Shown here in pieces: positions 29,667 through 41,231 of a stretch of 64,000 bases of DNA (position 1 is its first letter; the number at the start of each line of letters is the position of its first letter). The DNA is from Candidatus Thorarchaeota archaeon (lineage in GTDB: Archaea; Asgardarchaeota; Thorarchaeia; Thorarchaeales; Thorarchaeaceae), in NCBI GenBank assembly GCA_046482545.1, contig JAWOEX010000023.1, positions 27,836-91,835 of the forward strand. Direction: 5' to 3'. Under the pieces are notes generated by a model. The model searched no databases. It had not been told where the DNA came from and saw only the letters and a list, made by a program, of their open reading frames with translations. The position numbers and the translations under genes are program-made.

Positions 29667-31229
29667 ATGACTGGTATCTGCGGATTGTTGTTGGACGGCG
29701 ACCATTCTGTTGTCTTAGCGAAGCTGAAAGAAATTTCCTCAGGCATAGCACACAGAGGTAGGGCACACAGTCACATTTTCAGCGCAGAACGCTTGATGGA
29801 AAGCAAATCTCCCAGTGATAACCCGAAAAATGAATCCAAGCTCATTGGCCTATCAATTCTCGAAAGAGGGGATTACGGCCCTCATTTTGACACTCATAAT
29901 AAGAAAATCATGATTCTGGATAGTAATCTACCACGCAAAGTATCACCAGAGATATTGAAAGGATTTGCTACAGATTTTGCGCGGTCAATATCTGGCGCTG
30001 GGACATCCTTATTGCGAGTTCTCTTTGGCACGGTAGTATTCTATCTCAACGAGAAAGGGCTCTGGCTGTTCAGATCTGTGGACGGGACGAAGCCCATTTT
30101 CTACAGCAAAGAAAAGGGTATTCTGGCTTTTGCAACCGAGAGGAAGGGCCTATGGAAAGCTGGTTTCAAACAATCCGATAGGATTCAACCTGGTTTTGCC
30201 CTTAGGGCAGATTGGACTGGCAATATCTTGGTATCTAGAGTCACACATCGATACCGAGAGCTCAACTTGCAGAGATGCTTCAAGAGCGAGATTGTTTCCC
30301 AGCTTAAAATGTCGCTCACAAAATCATTTGAAAAGCTGAGTTCCCAGAAGTGTGCTATTTTGTTTTCAGGAGGCATTGATAGCTCACTCGCCGCCTTATT
30401 GGCAGATAGAATAGCAGATCAAGTCATTCTCGTAACGGCGAAAGCGGAAGGCTCACACGATGCTAGAGCTGCTGTCAAAGCTGCGGACATCTTGGGAATG
30501 AACCACTTCGAAGTTGAAGTGGACGAAAAGACTGTTTGGAACGTCCTTCCACGTATCATATATTCTATCGAAACCACGGATAAAATGGATGTTGAAATTG
30601 CGATTCCTATCTTCCTCTCTACCCTTGAAGCGGCGAAAAGGGGCTACGAAATCATTGTGTCTGGACAGGGGCCGGATGAACTATTCGGAGGTTACTACAG
30701 GTATCTTGAGATGTATGACCCGGAAAATCCTGCGAAACTTATTGAAGAAATCAACTCAGATATATCTAGTACATACAGGAGAAACATAGAACGGGACGAG
30801 ATGGCTATTGCTAATAGCGGAGGAAATGCATTTTTCCCGTATCTATCAACCGACTTCGTGGAGTTAGCATTGGCTGCCCCCATCAGCTACAAGATTTCTC
30901 CTGATGATAAACCATCGCGGAAAAGAATACTTCGCGAGCTCGCTCTCTCTATGGGGTTACCACTCGAATTGGCATCCGTTCCGAAGAAAGCAACACAGTA
31001 CAGTTCGGGGAGCTCAAACATACTTGTAGATTCTGTACGAAATAACGTACCGAATCTTTCCGATTTTGGAAGAAACCGAGCCGGCAGGCGAGTTCAGGAG
31101 GTCCTAGATGCAATCGGTTATAAATTGGGAGTCCCATCAACCAGAGAAGGGCAATCAAGCTTGGAAATCGATATGACTGCTACGGATACCTTCTTGAAAG
31201 ATTTAGAAAGTGAGATTTCCATAGATTGA
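29667..31229 (+). CDS. Asparagine synthetase B-like protein with degenerate glutaminase domain
   Basis: HRG, GTKPIFY, FSGGIDSS, GQGPDELFGGY, KKATQYSSG; N-terminus MTGICG lacks Cys1. Confidence 0.8.
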   Translation: MTGICGLLLDGDHSVVLAKLKEISSGIAHRGRAHSHIFSAERLMESKSPSDNPKNESKLIGLSILERGDYGPHFDTHNKKIMILDSNLPRKVSPEILKGFATDFARSISGAGTSLLRVLFGTVVFYLNEKGLWLFRSVDGTKPIFYSKEKGILAFATERKGLWKAGFKQSDRIQPGFALRADWTGNILVSRVTHRYRELNLQRCFKSEIVSQLKMSLTKSFEKLSSQKCAILFSGGIDSSLAALLADRIADQVILVTAKAEGSHDARAAVKAADILGMNHFEVEVDEKTVWNVLPRIIYSIETTDKMDVEIAIPIFLSTLEAAKRGYEIIVSGQGPDELFGGYYRYLEMYDPENPAKLIEEINSDISSTYRRNIERDEMAIANSGGNAFFPYLSTDFVELALAAPISYKISPDDKPSRKRILRELALSMGLPLELASVPKKATQYSSGSSNILVDSVRNNVPNLSDFGRNRAGRRVQEVLDAIGYKLGVPSTREGQSSLEIDMTATDTFLKDLESEISID

Positions 31230-31318
31230 ACAAAATGAAGTCATAGTTCTGAACATAAGATAACGATACATGTCTTATGGCGGCGTTAGTGATAAATACG
31301 GGTATCTACAAAGACCCC

Positions 31319-31441
31319 TTCGACGGCATACCAAAGTCGAATCTTTCAATCGTTGAAAGACGATGGTGAGGAGGTTTCGGTATGACAACGTTAAAATATA
31401 AGTGCTCGGCGAGCAGTTTAACTCGAATATTGACGTACTAA
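31319..31441 (+). promoter_or_regulatory. Structured leader candidate (two stacked hairpins, possible pseudoknot, strong SD, 19-codon uORF) upstream of HMG-CoA synthase
   Basis: TTCGAC/GTCGAA and TCTTTCAA/TTGAAAGA stems; loop CATACC complementary to GGTATG at 31379-31384; SD GGTGAGGAGG; ORF 31382-31441. Confidence 0.35.
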
Positions 31442-31485
31442 GTTTCGGCAATTACCGAACTCAACAATAGGAGAAAAGAATTGTT

Positions 31486-32529
31486 ATGGTAGGTATAGTA
31501 GGCTATGGCGTCTACATCCCACGCTATCGGATCAAAACGGAGGATATCGCCGATGTATGGGGTGAAGACGGTGAAAGAATGGCAAGCGGACTAGGTGTGT
31601 ACGAGAAATCACTTCCAGGTCCTGATGAAGATGTTGCAACCATTTCTGTCGAGGCTGCAAGGAATGCAATCAAATATGGCCAAGTAGACCCAACAGATAT
31701 TGGTGCAATTTATGTTGGATCAGAATCACACCCCTATGCAGTAAAACCGACCGGTACCATTGTGTTAGAAGCGGTCGGCTGTTCTCCCAACATGACTGCT
31801 GCAGATTATGAGTTCGCATGCAAAGCGGGAACTGCAGCAATCCAGACCTGCATGGGTATGGTCAAATCCGGCATGATTAAGGTGGGTTTAGCCATAGGTT
31901 CAGACACAGCGCAGGGCCGGCCAGGAGATGCGCTAGAATATTCGGCCGCTGCTGGTGGTGCAGCATATCTTATCGGAGAAGAAAACGTAGTTGCAACAAT
32001 TGAAGACACAACATCATTTACAACTGATACACCCGACTTCTGGCGAAGAGAGGGGCAAGACTACCCCAGTCATGGTGCAAGATTTACAGGAAAACCAGCA
32101 TACTATCGACATGTTATGGAAGGGGCGAACCTCCTCTGGGAAAAAACAAATACCACCGTTGATGATTACGATTATTTTGTTTTTCATATGCCAAATGGCA
32201 AGTTTCCAGTTTCTGTAGCACGTAAACTAGGCGTACCTAAGGAGAAGCTCGAAGACAGCTTGGTGGTGCGTCAAATTGGCAATACGTACTCAGGCTCAGC
32301 CATGATTGGCCTTGCCCGAATCCTTGACATAGCCGAACCTGATGATAGGATATTCATGGTCTCATATGGCTCAGGTGCAGGGAGTGATGCATTTGCCATT
32401 CGCGTGGAAGATGCGATCACCAAACGAAGAGGGGAAGTTCCAACAGTAGACGACTACATTACAAGGAAGACGTATGTCAAATATGCAATATACGCTAAGT
32501 ATCGACGCAAGATAAAATCACTTGAATGA
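31486..32529 (+). CDS. Hydroxymethylglutaryl-CoA synthase (archaeal type)
   Basis: [19 protein letters not shown] catalytic Cys, [25 protein letters not shown]. Confidence 0.96.
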   Translation: MVGIVGYGVYIPRYRIKTEDIADVWGEDGERMASGLGVYEKSLPGPDEDVATISVEAARNAIKYGQVDPTDIGAIYVGSESHPYAVKPTGTIVLEAVGCSPNMTAADYEFACKAGTAAIQTCMGMVKSGMIKVGLAIGSDTAQGRPGDALEYSAAAGGAAYLIGEENVVATIEDTTSFTTDTPDFWRREGQDYPSHGARFTGKPAYYRHVMEGANLLWEKTNTTVDDYDYFVFHMPNGKFPVSVARKLGVPKEKLEDSLVVRQIGNTYSGSAMIGLARILDIAEPDDRIFMVSYGSGAGSDAFAIRVEDAITKRRGEVPTVDDYITRKTYVKYAIYAKYRRKIKSLE

Positions 32530-32541
32530 GGAGGAGAGAGT

Positions 32542-33702
32542 ATGAGCGACAGAGTAGCAATCGCAGGAGTAGGAATGTCCAAGTTTGGTGAGCTGTGGAA
32601 CAAGAATCTGCGCGATATAACCCTAGAAGCCGGCATGGGAGCAATCGTAGATGCAGGTGTTGCAGGAGCAGACATTGAAGCAGTCACTATAGGAAACATG
32701 AGTGCAGGCAGATTCACCGGCCAAGAACACTTGGGTGCCTTGGCTGTTGATATGGGGGGTCTCGGCGACATACCCGCCTACAGTGTGGAAGCAGCGTGTG
32801 CAAGTGGGGGAGCTGCAATACGTCATGCCTACATGGCCATTAAATCTGGAGAACACGAGGTCATACTGGTTCTCGGATGTGAGAAGATGAGTGACGTTAA
32901 CCAAACTGAAGCTATGAAAACTATTAGTGTTGCTTCAGATTGGGAATGGGAAGGCATGCTGGGGGCCACATTTCCAGCTCTTTATGCATTCATGGCAAGA
33001 CGACATATGTTGGAATATGGAACCACAGACGAACAACTTAGCTTGGTCGCTGTAAAGAACCACAAGAATGCAGTTGACAATCCGTATGCTCAGTTCAGAA
33101 GAGAAATTCCGTTAGAGGTGGTTATGAACTCAGGATACCTCGCTGATCCAATACGGTTGCTTCATTCTTCACCCATTACAGACGGAGCTGCAGGTGTAAT
33201 AATGTGCACAGAAGAGAAAGCAAAGGAGTACACCGATACACCTGTTTACATTGAATCATCAGCACAGGCTAGTGACACCCTCGCCCTGCATGAAAGAGAT
33301 GACATAACTACGATGGGTGCTGTCGTGAAATCAGCATCAAAAGCGCTCAAACGTGCTGATTGCTCGATAGAAGATATCGATGTATTTGAATTACACGACA
33401 GTTTCACAATAAGCGAAATTATGTTGACTGAAGACGTCGGCATCGTTGACAAGGGAGAAGGCGGCAGTGCAGTAGAGGAGGGCTTAACCGAGATAAATGG
33501 CGAGTATCCTGTGAATCCCTCAGGTGGACTCAAGGCCCGGGGTCATCCAGTAGGAGCTACGGGCGTTGCCCAGGTGGTCGAACTGTATCATCAGGTGCTG
33601 GGAGAAGGTGGAAAACGGCAGATACCCGACGCCGAGAGAGGATTAGCTGTCAATACTGGCGGAACAGGTGCAACATCAATAGTGCACATAGTAGGAGTAT
33701 GA
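32542..33702 (+). CDS. Acetoacetyl-CoA thiolase (archaeal, SCP2-thiolase-like)
   Basis: VEAACASG, KNH, SPITDGAA, ELHDSF, NPSGGLKARGHPVGATG. Confidence 0.95.
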   Translation: MSDRVAIAGVGMSKFGELWNKNLRDITLEAGMGAIVDAGVAGADIEAVTIGNMSAGRFTGQEHLGALAVDMGGLGDIPAYSVEAACASGGAAIRHAYMAIKSGEHEVILVLGCEKMSDVNQTEAMKTISVASDWEWEGMLGATFPALYAFMARRHMLEYGTTDEQLSLVAVKNHKNAVDNPYAQFRREIPLEVVMNSGYLADPIRLLHSSPITDGAAGVIMCTEEKAKEYTDTPVYIESSAQASDTLALHERDDITTMGAVVKSASKALKRADCSIEDIDVFELHDSFTISEIMLTEDVGIVDKGEGGSAVEEGLTEINGEYPVNPSGGLKARGHPVGATGVAQVVELYHQVLGEGGKRQIPDAERGLAVNTGGTGATSIVHIVGV

Positions 33703-33708
33703 TGGCAA

Positions 33709-34131
33709 ATGGCAGAACACGGAGTAGCAAAAGTTTGGCGTAAGCAACAGGAAATATACAGAATCCAGGGGAATCACTGCAAAACATGTGACAAGTATTT
33801 CTTTCCACCTCGACCGATATGTCCGAGATGTAGAAGAAAGGGAAACCTAGAAACTCACAAGTTCAAGGGCCTTGGCAAAATACACACCTTTTCTATAGTC
33901 AGGCAGGCCCCACAGGACTTCAAGAGACAGATACCCTATATCGTAGCTCAAGTTGAACTCGACGAGGGACCCCGGCTGACAACACAGATTGTTAACTGTA
34001 ACATAGAATCAGTACATATTGGTATGGAGGTCCGGGCGTGTTTCCGGAAGATTACTGAGTACGGACCAGGCGGTATCATCGTGTATGGCTACAAATTCGA
34101 GCCCACTATGCGGGTGACAGGGCACGAGTGA
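33709..34131 (+). CDS. DUF35 Zn-ribbon/OB-fold scaffold protein of the thiolase/HMG-CoA synthase complex
   Basis: CKTC...FPPR.ICPRC, OB fold, YGYKF; canonical third gene of this operon. Confidence 0.93.
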   Translation: MAEHGVAKVWRKQQEIYRIQGNHCKTCDKYFFPPRPICPRCRRKGNLETHKFKGLGKIHTFSIVRQAPQDFKRQIPYIVAQVELDEGPRLTTQIVNCNIESVHIGMEVRACFRKITEYGPGGIIVYGYKFEPTMRVTGHE

Positions 34132-34135
34132 GGCC

Positions 34136-34858
34136 TCATTCGGTTCCGCTCTCTCTTTTAATTATCATAGACAGCTTCAAGCCTGTGACCCCTTCTGCTG
34201 CGGGAAGGGCTACATTTCTGACGAGTGTGGGGCCAATTCTGGTCTCCTGTCTCGTTGCATCGTGAACATGTCCATGTATGACGAGATTTGGTTTTTCCGC
34301 TTCTATCATGCTATAGAATTTTTTGCTTCCAAAGGCACCGAATGAGCGGTCATTAGCACCCTGACAGGTCTCAAGACAAGGGGCATAGTGCATCAGCAGA
34401 ATCCGATAATCAGTTTTTCTTGATAGCTTCTTGAGGAGGTGTTCGACACGTGATGGTCTTCTACCAAAAACTCGCTTGATTCGTGGCAGGTTTTGTTTTT
34501 GCCATCTTGTAGGTTTATCAAGAGACCCCTGAGTACCTACGATACCGAATCGGATGCCTTGTATCTCCAGGACTATGGATTGATCATCTAGGAACGAGAT
34601 TCGGTCTCCAAAAATATCAGCAATCTCGTCTCTAACCTCTAAATATTCCTCGTTACCAAAACAAGCTACTATCGGGAAATCATCATCAAAACGTTCCTTG
34701 ATTGCATTCAAAACTACATCATACTGAGATATCCTCCCTCTGTCTATCATATCTCCTGCTAATAGAAAGAGGTCGGGTGCCTTCATCTCAGCTAGACTCT
34801 TTTCGAACATATGAAGATATCGTGGACAGTGAACGTCCGCTACTGCAAGTATTCTCAT
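34136..34858 (-). CDS. Calcineurin-like metallophosphoesterase
   Basis: ADVH, AGD, GNEE, MHY, HGHVH. Confidence 0.88.
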   Translation of the reverse strand: MRILAVADVHCPRYLHMFEKSLAEMKAPDLFLLAGDMIDRGRISQYDVVLNAIKERFDDDFPIVACFGNEEYLEVRDEIADIFGDRISFLDDQSIVLEIQGIRFGIVGTQGSLDKPTRWQKQNLPRIKRVFGRRPSRVEHLLKKLSRKTDYRILLMHYAPCLETCQGANDRSFGAFGSKKFYSMIEAEKPNLVIHGHVHDATRQETRIGPTLVRNVALPAAEGVTGLKLSMIIKRESGTE

Positions 34859-34946
34859 GTTCTCAACACATCTTGGAACTCTTGAAAGGGTGGAGAGACA
34901 CAGATATTAAAGCTTCGAGGTAAACTACAGCGATAGTGAAAAGCTA

Positions 34947-35939
34947 ATGGCTGGTACTTGGGCGCTAAACCTCTTTGACAGGCTGCATCTTGGGCATGAG
35001 ATTCTCCTAGAAAGGCTTTCACAAAAGCACGACCCAACTGCTGCAGTGACTACAGGTGAATTGATTGAGCACGGACTTGAACTCGCCTCCATTATTCAAT
35101 CCACATCCTATCGAGTAAAGAAGGTGACTGAATTTCTGGAATCAATCGATTTGGTAGACAAGATAGAGGTAAAGGAAATCCACAGATATGCAGAATTTCT
35201 TGAGATTCCAGGCAAGACCAAGTTCATGATGTATATTGGACCTTGTTGCACTGACCTCGAACAGCACGGAGTTGATCTTAGGAAAACACAATTGGGCATT
35301 AATGACGAAATTGAATATCTCAAACCTGTTCGAGCGGATGATGGCAAGAAGCTCTCTTCAGCAAGAATACGGAAAGGAAAAATAGATCCACAAGGGCACC
35401 GCCTGCGTGGAACCGAAGAACCACCAAGAAGATTGGATACTAGGACACGGAAAGGTCTCAAAACTCCTAAAGGAACAGTATACAATGAGAATGATTGCAT
35501 ACCTGAAAAAGAAGTAGCAGAACGAATTCAAAAAGAGGAACCACAATGTGTGGTTGCCGTTGGAGACGTTACAAGTGCTACCCTTATGAACGAAGACTGT
35601 ATCCCTGATGTGTCCATCGTTGATGGTAAAACCAAACGAGGACCGTTCGGTGATAGCTTCTCTGGAGAGAAGGAGTATCATGCGTACAACCCAGCTGGTA
35701 TGCTTTATCCAGAGGCTTGGTCTGTAATAGATACAGCAATTCATGATAACAAGAAATCGATTGTTTTCATAGAAGGTGAGGAGGATCTCATGGGATTCCC
35801 TGCAGCTGTTCTGGCACCCCAAGGGTCTGTGATGCTGTACGGTCAACCTGATGTTGGAATCGTATGGGTCCCAATCACTGCAGAGAATGTCAAACTTGCC
35901 AAGCAATTTCTAAAGGCTATGCCAGAAATCAATGGTTAA
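34947..35939 (+). CDS. Phosphopantetheine adenylyltransferase-like domain fused to DUF359 GTP-dependent dephospho-CoA kinase
   Basis: FDRLHLGH and KLSSARIR (HxGH nucleotidyltransferase); VGDVTS, DGKTKR, NPAG, GEEDL, YGQP (DUF359). Confidence 0.82.
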   Translation: MAGTWALNLFDRLHLGHEILLERLSQKHDPTAAVTTGELIEHGLELASIIQSTSYRVKKVTEFLESIDLVDKIEVKEIHRYAEFLEIPGKTKFMMYIGPCCTDLEQHGVDLRKTQLGINDEIEYLKPVRADDGKKLSSARIRKGKIDPQGHRLRGTEEPPRRLDTRTRKGLKTPKGTVYNENDCIPEKEVAERIQKEEPQCVVAVGDVTSATLMNEDCIPDVSIVDGKTKRGPFGDSFSGEKEYHAYNPAGMLYPEAWSVIDTAIHDNKKSIVFIEGEEDLMGFPAAVLAPQGSVMLYGQPDVGIVWVPITAENVKLAKQFLKAMPEING

Positions 35940-37452
35940 AAGAACGAATAGCCTGTGGAATCCGTTCTATACAATCAGTAGGAAGGATATGGTAACCGAA
36001 GTCATCAAAGGCCTTTTCGCCTGCAATTCCAGACACAAAAGCAGAGGCACATGCTGCAGTAAAGGCATTTCTCCGTCTTGCAAGAAAAGCAGCTGTAATC
36101 CCCGTCAACACATCTCCCGTTCCACCAACTGTCATGGCAGGAGTCCCGGTCTTATTCAGTTTATATCGTCCTCCAGGCTCTGCCACAATGTCGATGTGAC
36201 CTTTGAGGAGGATTACGGAGTTATATGAATCCGCAGCTTCTGTTGCATAGTTAATTCTATTTGTCAAATCCTTTGAATTCCCAAGCTCCTTCTCAAGAAG
36301 AACACTCAGCTCGCCCCAGTGGGGAGTAAGCACCGACTCTTCTGAATTGAATGAAGTGAAAGTTCCAGCTATGCTCTTCAAGCCATCGGCATCAACAACG
36401 ACCCTCTTCCCCATCTCAACAAGGGCTGCAAGTATCTCGCAAACGGCCCTAGATGTTTCTTCTTGGAGACCAAGTCCTGGACCAATTGCTATCACATCAC
36501 ATTTCTCAGCAAGCTTGATAGCCCTCTCAAGGGAATCAGGGAGTAGCACATCTGTTCCCAAATTATGCACAATAAGGCTAGGATTATACGATCTAATCGC
36601 TGGCACAACAGGGTTGGGAGCCAGAATCTCAACCAAATCTGCACCAGTTCGAAGAGCGCTTAAACCACAAAGTGCTGGTGCCCCAGAAAAAACGTCGCTA
36701 CCTCCTATTACCAGAATACGACCATAGTCACCCTTATGAGAGTGTGCGGGTCTGGGGCCTGCTACAAGTGAGAGGTCACCCGGGCCACATATCACGTCCG
36801 CCTCAGGAGGAATACCTATTGGAACCGTTACTATTTCACCGGTGTATTCCTTAGCTTCACCAAGGCCTCTTTTGGGTGCATGCATGGTGATTGTTGCGTC
36901 AGCCTTGATTACCGTCCCCCATATCTTTCCCGTGTCCGAATCTATGCCCGTAGGTATGTCAACTGAGTAAACCATCGCGTCAGAGGCATTGGTGCGTTCT
37001 ACGGCTGATCTTATGGGTTCTCTTACGTTACCACCCAGCCCGATTCCCAACATGGCATCAATGATGATATCTGCATCGTCAATTGACTTACAACTAGCAA
37101 CAGCAGATTCTGTTTTTATTTCGCTTTTCTGGATGCCATCCAGATTCTGCAGAATAGCCCAGTTATGCCGGGTATCACTGCTGGTTATTCTATCTTCAGA
37201 ACCAAGAAGGCAAACCTTAACGGATGCACCAACCTCATGGAGATGAATAGCGGCTACCATACCGTCTCCGCCATTCCCGCCACGCCCAGATAAAACTACA
37301 ATCTTGCGACTACGGACGTCCGACCGTTTGATGATTTCTCGGGCAATTTCTCTTCCAGCATTCTGCATGAGTGTTCCGAGACTTATCCCGAGATACTCGG
37401 AGTTCAGTTCAAGGACACGCATCTCATCAGTTGTCAAGGCTTCTTCCTGCAT
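35929..37452 (-). CDS. nnr: Bifunctional NAD(P)H-hydrate epimerase/dehydratase (NnrE-NnrD)
   Basis: GGNGGDG, DIPTG, HKGDYG, GPGLG, VDAD, LTPH.GE, GGTGDVL. Confidence 0.95.
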   Translation of the reverse strand: MQEEALTTDEMRVLELNSEYLGISLGTLMQNAGREIAREIIKRSDVRSRKIVVLSGRGGNGGDGMVAAIHLHEVGASVKVCLLGSEDRITSSDTRHNWAILQNLDGIQKSEIKTESAVASCKSIDDADIIIDAMLGIGLGGNVREPIRSAVERTNASDAMVYSVDIPTGIDSDTGKIWGTVIKADATITMHAPKRGLGEAKEYTGEIVTVPIGIPPEADVICGPGDLSLVAGPRPAHSHKGDYGRILVIGGSDVFSGAPALCGLSALRTGADLVEILAPNPVVPAIRSYNPSLIVHNLGTDVLLPDSLERAIKLAEKCDVIAIGPGLGLQEETSRAVCEILAALVEMGKRVVVDADGLKSIAGTFTSFNSEESVLTPHWGELSVLLEKELGNSKDLTNRINYATEAADSYNSVILLKGHIDIVAEPGGRYKLNKTGTPAMTVGGTGDVLTGITAAFLARRRNAFTAACASAFVSGIAGEKAFDDFGYHILPTDCIERIPQAIRSFNH

Positions 37453-37645
37453 GTTTTCTCACCTTGCTCTTGACAAGTAGATGGAACATTCCTAATGAAG
37501 CCTTTCAAATACTCCATTCTTCTATGAGTTCATAAAATATGGGAGGATAACTGACTTCTAATTGGAAAAAGGATGAAGAAAAGTCCGGACGGTTGTTTCA
37601 CACGGACTCTCAAACCAGACCGGTTGGCACCTGAATCCAATGACG

Positions 37646-39178
<1,533 letters not shown>

Positions 39179-39189
39179 TCATGGATGAA

Positions 39190-39760
39190 TAGGGCAGAGT
39201 TTCCGTTCTTCATATCGATTGAGATCAAGCAGGCACGGAATAATCCCAGAAGAACGGTTTGAACAACATAATGAAATACGGTTTTAGAGTCTGCATCTAT
39301 CAGGAAGCTTCTCAAAGAAGATTTTGCCCATCCAGTTCTTGAGAAAATCGAGACAACCTCTGCCAAAGTTGAAGATTTCAGGAATCTCGAAATTTTCAGT
39401 AAGCAGAAACTAGAAGCCCTTGGCTCAAATGAGCTTGCTCTTGGCCTACGAATGTTCGCACAAGAGAAATTCCAGTTGGCATACAAACATTTTCAGACCG
39501 CGGCCCAATTTGATCGGGATAACATTGTTGCTTTTTGGAAACTCGGAAGGCTCGCCAAAATTCAAGAATTCGCAAATAGATGCAAGTTCTAGTACCGTCT
39601 TGCTATGTCTCTTTCAAACCGTCTACAGAACCCTCTTCGAGACAAAATTCAGGGAAGACTCAAAGATGAAAAATCAATGGATCAAAAACATATTGAAAAA
39701 CTGGTTATGCCCGTGTCGAGTTTGTACCATTTAAGAAGAGAAATGTATCTCGGGTGGTAA
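39190..39760 (+). pseudogene. Decayed TPR-repeat protein gene between nfnA and nfnB
   Basis: Frame from 39281 reads ...LGLRMFAQEKFQLAYKHFQTAAQFDRDNIVAFWKLGRLA...KF*YRLA..., with in-frame TAG at 39590 and stop at 39760; the 5' part is frameshifted. Confidence 0.6.
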
Positions 39761-39855
39761 AAAATTGACCCTTTTTTCATTTCAATGCTATACAAAGAAA
39801 CGAATGAAGTCGAACCAGACAGATACCAATTGAGTAATAGACCAGGTATACTGGT

Positions 39856-40689
39856 TTAATGTCCGTGTTCAAACCGGGAGACAGCTATAGCTTCCTCTTG
39901 CCAGTATGCGTTCAACCGCCCCATGAGCTCATCGAAATCAACTTTATGACCATCGAATTCTGGGCCATCGACACATGCAAATTTCATCTCACCGTCAATA
40001 TTAACACGACAGGCACCGCACATACCCGTACCATCAACCATGATACTGTTCAAGCTAACGATGGTGGGAATCTCCTGTGCTTCTGTGGTCTTGCTAACGA
40101 ATTTCATCATGGGAACGGGTCCGACAGCGAAAACGAGGTCAATTTGTCGACCCTTTTCGATTAACTCACTAAGGACAGTAGTAACAAAACCGTGACGTCC
40201 ACAAGTTCCATCGTCTGTTGTCTCATAGAATTCGTCGCTAAGGTCATACATTTCTTTTCGGTACAACAGAAGGTCCATGCTGCGTGCGCCGTTTATTGTT
40301 ATCATATAGTTGCCTGCCTGTTTGAAGTCTCTAGCAACGGGATAAGCAATGGCACTTCCACAGCCTCCGCCAACTACCACAACGGTTCCATAGTGCTTGT
40401 CGCTCGGAGTGGGTTTTCCAAGTGGTCCTACAACATCTAGAACTTCATCACCAACCTCTAGGCTACCCAGAAGCTTTGTTGTTTTGCCAACTTCCTGGTA
40501 GACGATTGTTATATCGCCCTTTCCTCTATCGAAATCAGCAATAGTCAAAGGGATTCGCTCCCCTGTTTCGTTCACTCGGATTATGACAAACTGGCCCGGT
40601 TTGCATACTTTCGCTATGTCGGGTGCCCGAATAACATTCATTTTTGTGACCGGGTTCAAGATGTCTTTGAAAGTAATCTCATATGGCAT
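39856..40689 (-). CDS. Ferredoxin-NADP reductase-like NfnA/SudB small subunit
   Basis: PGQFVI, ERIPLTI, GPLG, MVDGTGMCGACR, CVDGPEF. Confidence 0.93.
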   Translation of the reverse strand: MPYEITFKDILNPVTKMNVIRAPDIAKVCKPGQFVIIRVNETGERIPLTIADFDRGKGDITIVYQEVGKTTKLLGSLEVGDEVLDVVGPLGKPTPSDKHYGTVVVVGGGCGSAIAYPVARDFKQAGNYMITINGARSMDLLLYRKEMYDLSDEFYETTDDGTCGRHGFVTTVLSELIEKGRQIDLVFAVGPVPMMKFVSKTTEAQEIPTIVSLNSIMVDGTGMCGACRVNIDGEMKFACVDGPEFDGHKVDFDELMGRLNAYWQEEAIAVSRFEHGH

Positions 40690-40965
40690 CACTCATCGCC
40701 TCAAAAGGGCCTTTAGTGGTCCGATAGACATATGCCGGTGCCACTTCACATCAGAGATAAAAGTTTGGGTTTTGTCCTTTGCCTGTCCCTGCGAAAGGAG
40801 GACGAGGATCATACATTCACCAAGTTTCTCAACTGACAACGAACTAGGTGAAAATTATCACTGGTCTGTCAAAGGAAATCTTGTTCCATTATCTCTCGCA
40901 CCCACTAACAGGAATATAAACTCACCAGGGTGTAGACTAGCGGCATCTGTAGCTGAATAAATGGG

Positions 40966-41000
40966 TTTATACACAAGGGTATGCATATACAAAGGTGTAT
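40966..41000 (+). promoter_or_regulatory. Candidate vapB autoregulatory operator/promoter
   Basis: TTTATA box; ATACAC...GTGTAT dyad with internal TATGCATA palindrome; two imperfect TATACA.AAGG repeats abutting the start codon. Confidence 0.5.
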
Positions 41001-41202
41001 GGCAAAGAACATACCTGTAACCGATGATGTCTACAGAGAGCTAGATGAGTTAAGGCGAGAATATGAGAGTTTCAGCTCTCTCATCCGAAGACTGCTCAGA
41101 ACACAGGCCAAGATTTCAAACCTGGTTGGTTCTTCAACGCTAAACATCGAAGAATGGCTGGAAATGAAACAGCTAGAATCTGAACAGGCAAAGATGGATT
41201 GA
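40999..41202 (+). CDS. VapB-family antitoxin (archaeal, COG1753-like)
   Basis: MAKNIPVTDDVYREL...ESFSSLIRRLL pattern; likely start ATG 40999. Confidence 0.8.
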   Translation: MAKNIPVTDDVYRELDELRREYESFSSLIRRLLRTQAKISNLVGSSTLNIEEWLEMKQLESEQAKMD

Positions 41203-41231
41203 AAGCATGCGAAATCCTTTCTGTCCTAACA

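Noticed and set aside
39590-39592. Pyrrolysine readthrough of the in-frame TAG in the TPR frame
   Set aside because: The same frame also lacks an intact 5' end, so decay (e.g. TAY to TAG) is simpler; no pyl genes seen.
40861-40959. Minus-strand peptide HPGEFIFLLV...GTRFPLT resembling the NfnA N-terminus (relic duplication)
   Set aside because: Short, closed by tandem stops, little nucleotide identity and overlaps a TATA-like TTTATATT; probably chance.
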